Positions 23,370 to 24,000 of a DNA stretch of 24,000 bases are shown piece by piece (the stretch's first letter is position 1; each line of letters starts with the position of its first letter). Both the position numbers and the translations under genes were made by a program. Source of the stretch: Acinetobacter phage Ac42; the sequence record HM032710.1; one strand, written 5' to 3'. The notes below the pieces were generated by a model, which was not told the DNA's origin, made no database searches, and was given only the letters and a program-made list of their open reading frames with translations.

Positions 23370-23934
23370 CCAATTTAAAAGTACCAAATAAATTTGTCTT
23401 TGAATCTTCGATTGCTTTTTCTATGTCTTCACTAAACTGTTCTAACATAGAAACTGCTGAATCAAAGTTTTCACAATTCCCAAGATTGCATACCGGGATA
23501 TTGTAAGTTTTTGCCAATCTAAGAGCTTGTCCAGTACCGCCAGTTTCAGTTGCATTTACGGTCCAGCAAACGATAAAATCTACTGGACGATTCAATTTAG
23601 GACCAAGAACAATATTGCCGTTTCTTATATGCATAAGTTTAGCTGAATACGAACAATTCCACCATGCTGGATGATGAGACGCTGCTAGTTTTCTTGCTTC
23701 TTTGCTGTTATCGAATGGCATAGATTCTTTATAACCATTATAATTAGGAAATGGTAAGTAATTGTGGATCGTACCATTTCCTGCTCTGGCACCAGTAATA
23801 AATGCTGTATCAGCACCTGCAGCGCCGCCTGTTGCTAATGTAAAGTTTTCCAAAGCTAGATATTCAGCAAATTGTTCCATAGCCTCTAGAACGAAATCTG
23901 GAGTCTCTCTACTACCGATGCCAGCATAAATCAT
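23347..23934 (-). CDS. DprA/SLOG-domain-like (Rossmannoid nucleotide-binding) protein
   Basis: 195 aa MIYAGIGSRETPDFVLEAMEQFAEYLALENFTLATGGAAGADTAFITGA ... GTGQALRLAKTYNIPVCNLG. Confidence 0.85.
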   Translation of the reverse strand: MIYAGIGSRETPDFVLEAMEQFAEYLALENFTLATGGAAGADTAFITGARAGNGTIHNYLPFPNYNGYKESMPFDNSKEARKLAASHHPAWWNCSYSAKLMHIRNGNIVLGPKLNRPVDFIVCWTVNATETGGTGQALRLAKTYNIPVCNLGNCENFDSAVSMLEQFSEDIEKAIEDSKTNLFGTFKLDDKYYET

Positions 23935-24000
23935 TTTGTTTTGCCAACCATTCTAAGATAAGAATTTGAAAAGTGCTTGACCGTTTGATTTTGTAAAGAG
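23931..24000 (-). CDS. C-terminus of an upstream gene truncated by the window
   Basis: ...SLQNQTVKHFSNSYLRMVGKTK* ends in an ATGA overlap with the SLOG gene start. Confidence 0.4.
   Translation of the reverse strand, partial: SLQNQTVKHFSNSYLRMVGKTK

Noticed and set aside
1-24000. CRISPR arrays, tRNAs, IS elements, toxin-antitoxin or retron-like loci
   Set aside because: No regularly spaced repeats, no cloverleaf-like sequences, no transposase or reverse transcriptase ORFs found by reading; the dispersed repeats are promoter/leader elements or the gene 39 end duplication.

Overview
The window looks like an early/accessory region of a T4-type (Straboviridae-like) myovirus. Almost all genes are on the minus strand. 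Recognisable T4 homologues are rIIA (1-2178), RNA ligase 2 (6003-7055), an unsplit topoisomerase II large subunit gp39+gp60 (8623-10449), DexA exonuclease (12475-13137) and Dda helicase (13640-14968). An amidase endolysin sits behind a perfect TATAAATA late-promoter box. Other recognisable genes are a YgiC/glutathionylspermidine-synthase-like ATP-grasp ligase, a divergent HNH protein, a P-loop kinase-like protein and a DprA/SLOG-like protein; the rest are small orphan genes.

The strongest accessory system is a two-gene cassette at 8087-8606. It encodes an Acb2/Tad1-hairpin-family protein (candidate anti-CBASS cyclic-nucleotide sponge) and an upstream overlapping 'YRKKPVVIEA...GDYIIKGVQGEFYPCKP' protein. 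The cassette is bracketed by a 78-bp direct repeat at exact offset 654, about 88% identical. One copy is the intact 3' end of gene 39. The other is a dead remnant of that end (NWKDQFEM*LGNDSQLRKEWMSS*), so the cassette carries an insertion or recombination scar.

A second signal is a family of nine TTTACA-N17-TATAAT-like early promoters. Several are fused to or embedded in terminator hairpins, and four are followed by a modular leader hairpin (CAAATC...GATTTG) next to the ribosome-binding site. Four short genes missed by the ORF track are also proposed. All homology calls are from recall of family sequences; no searches were run.
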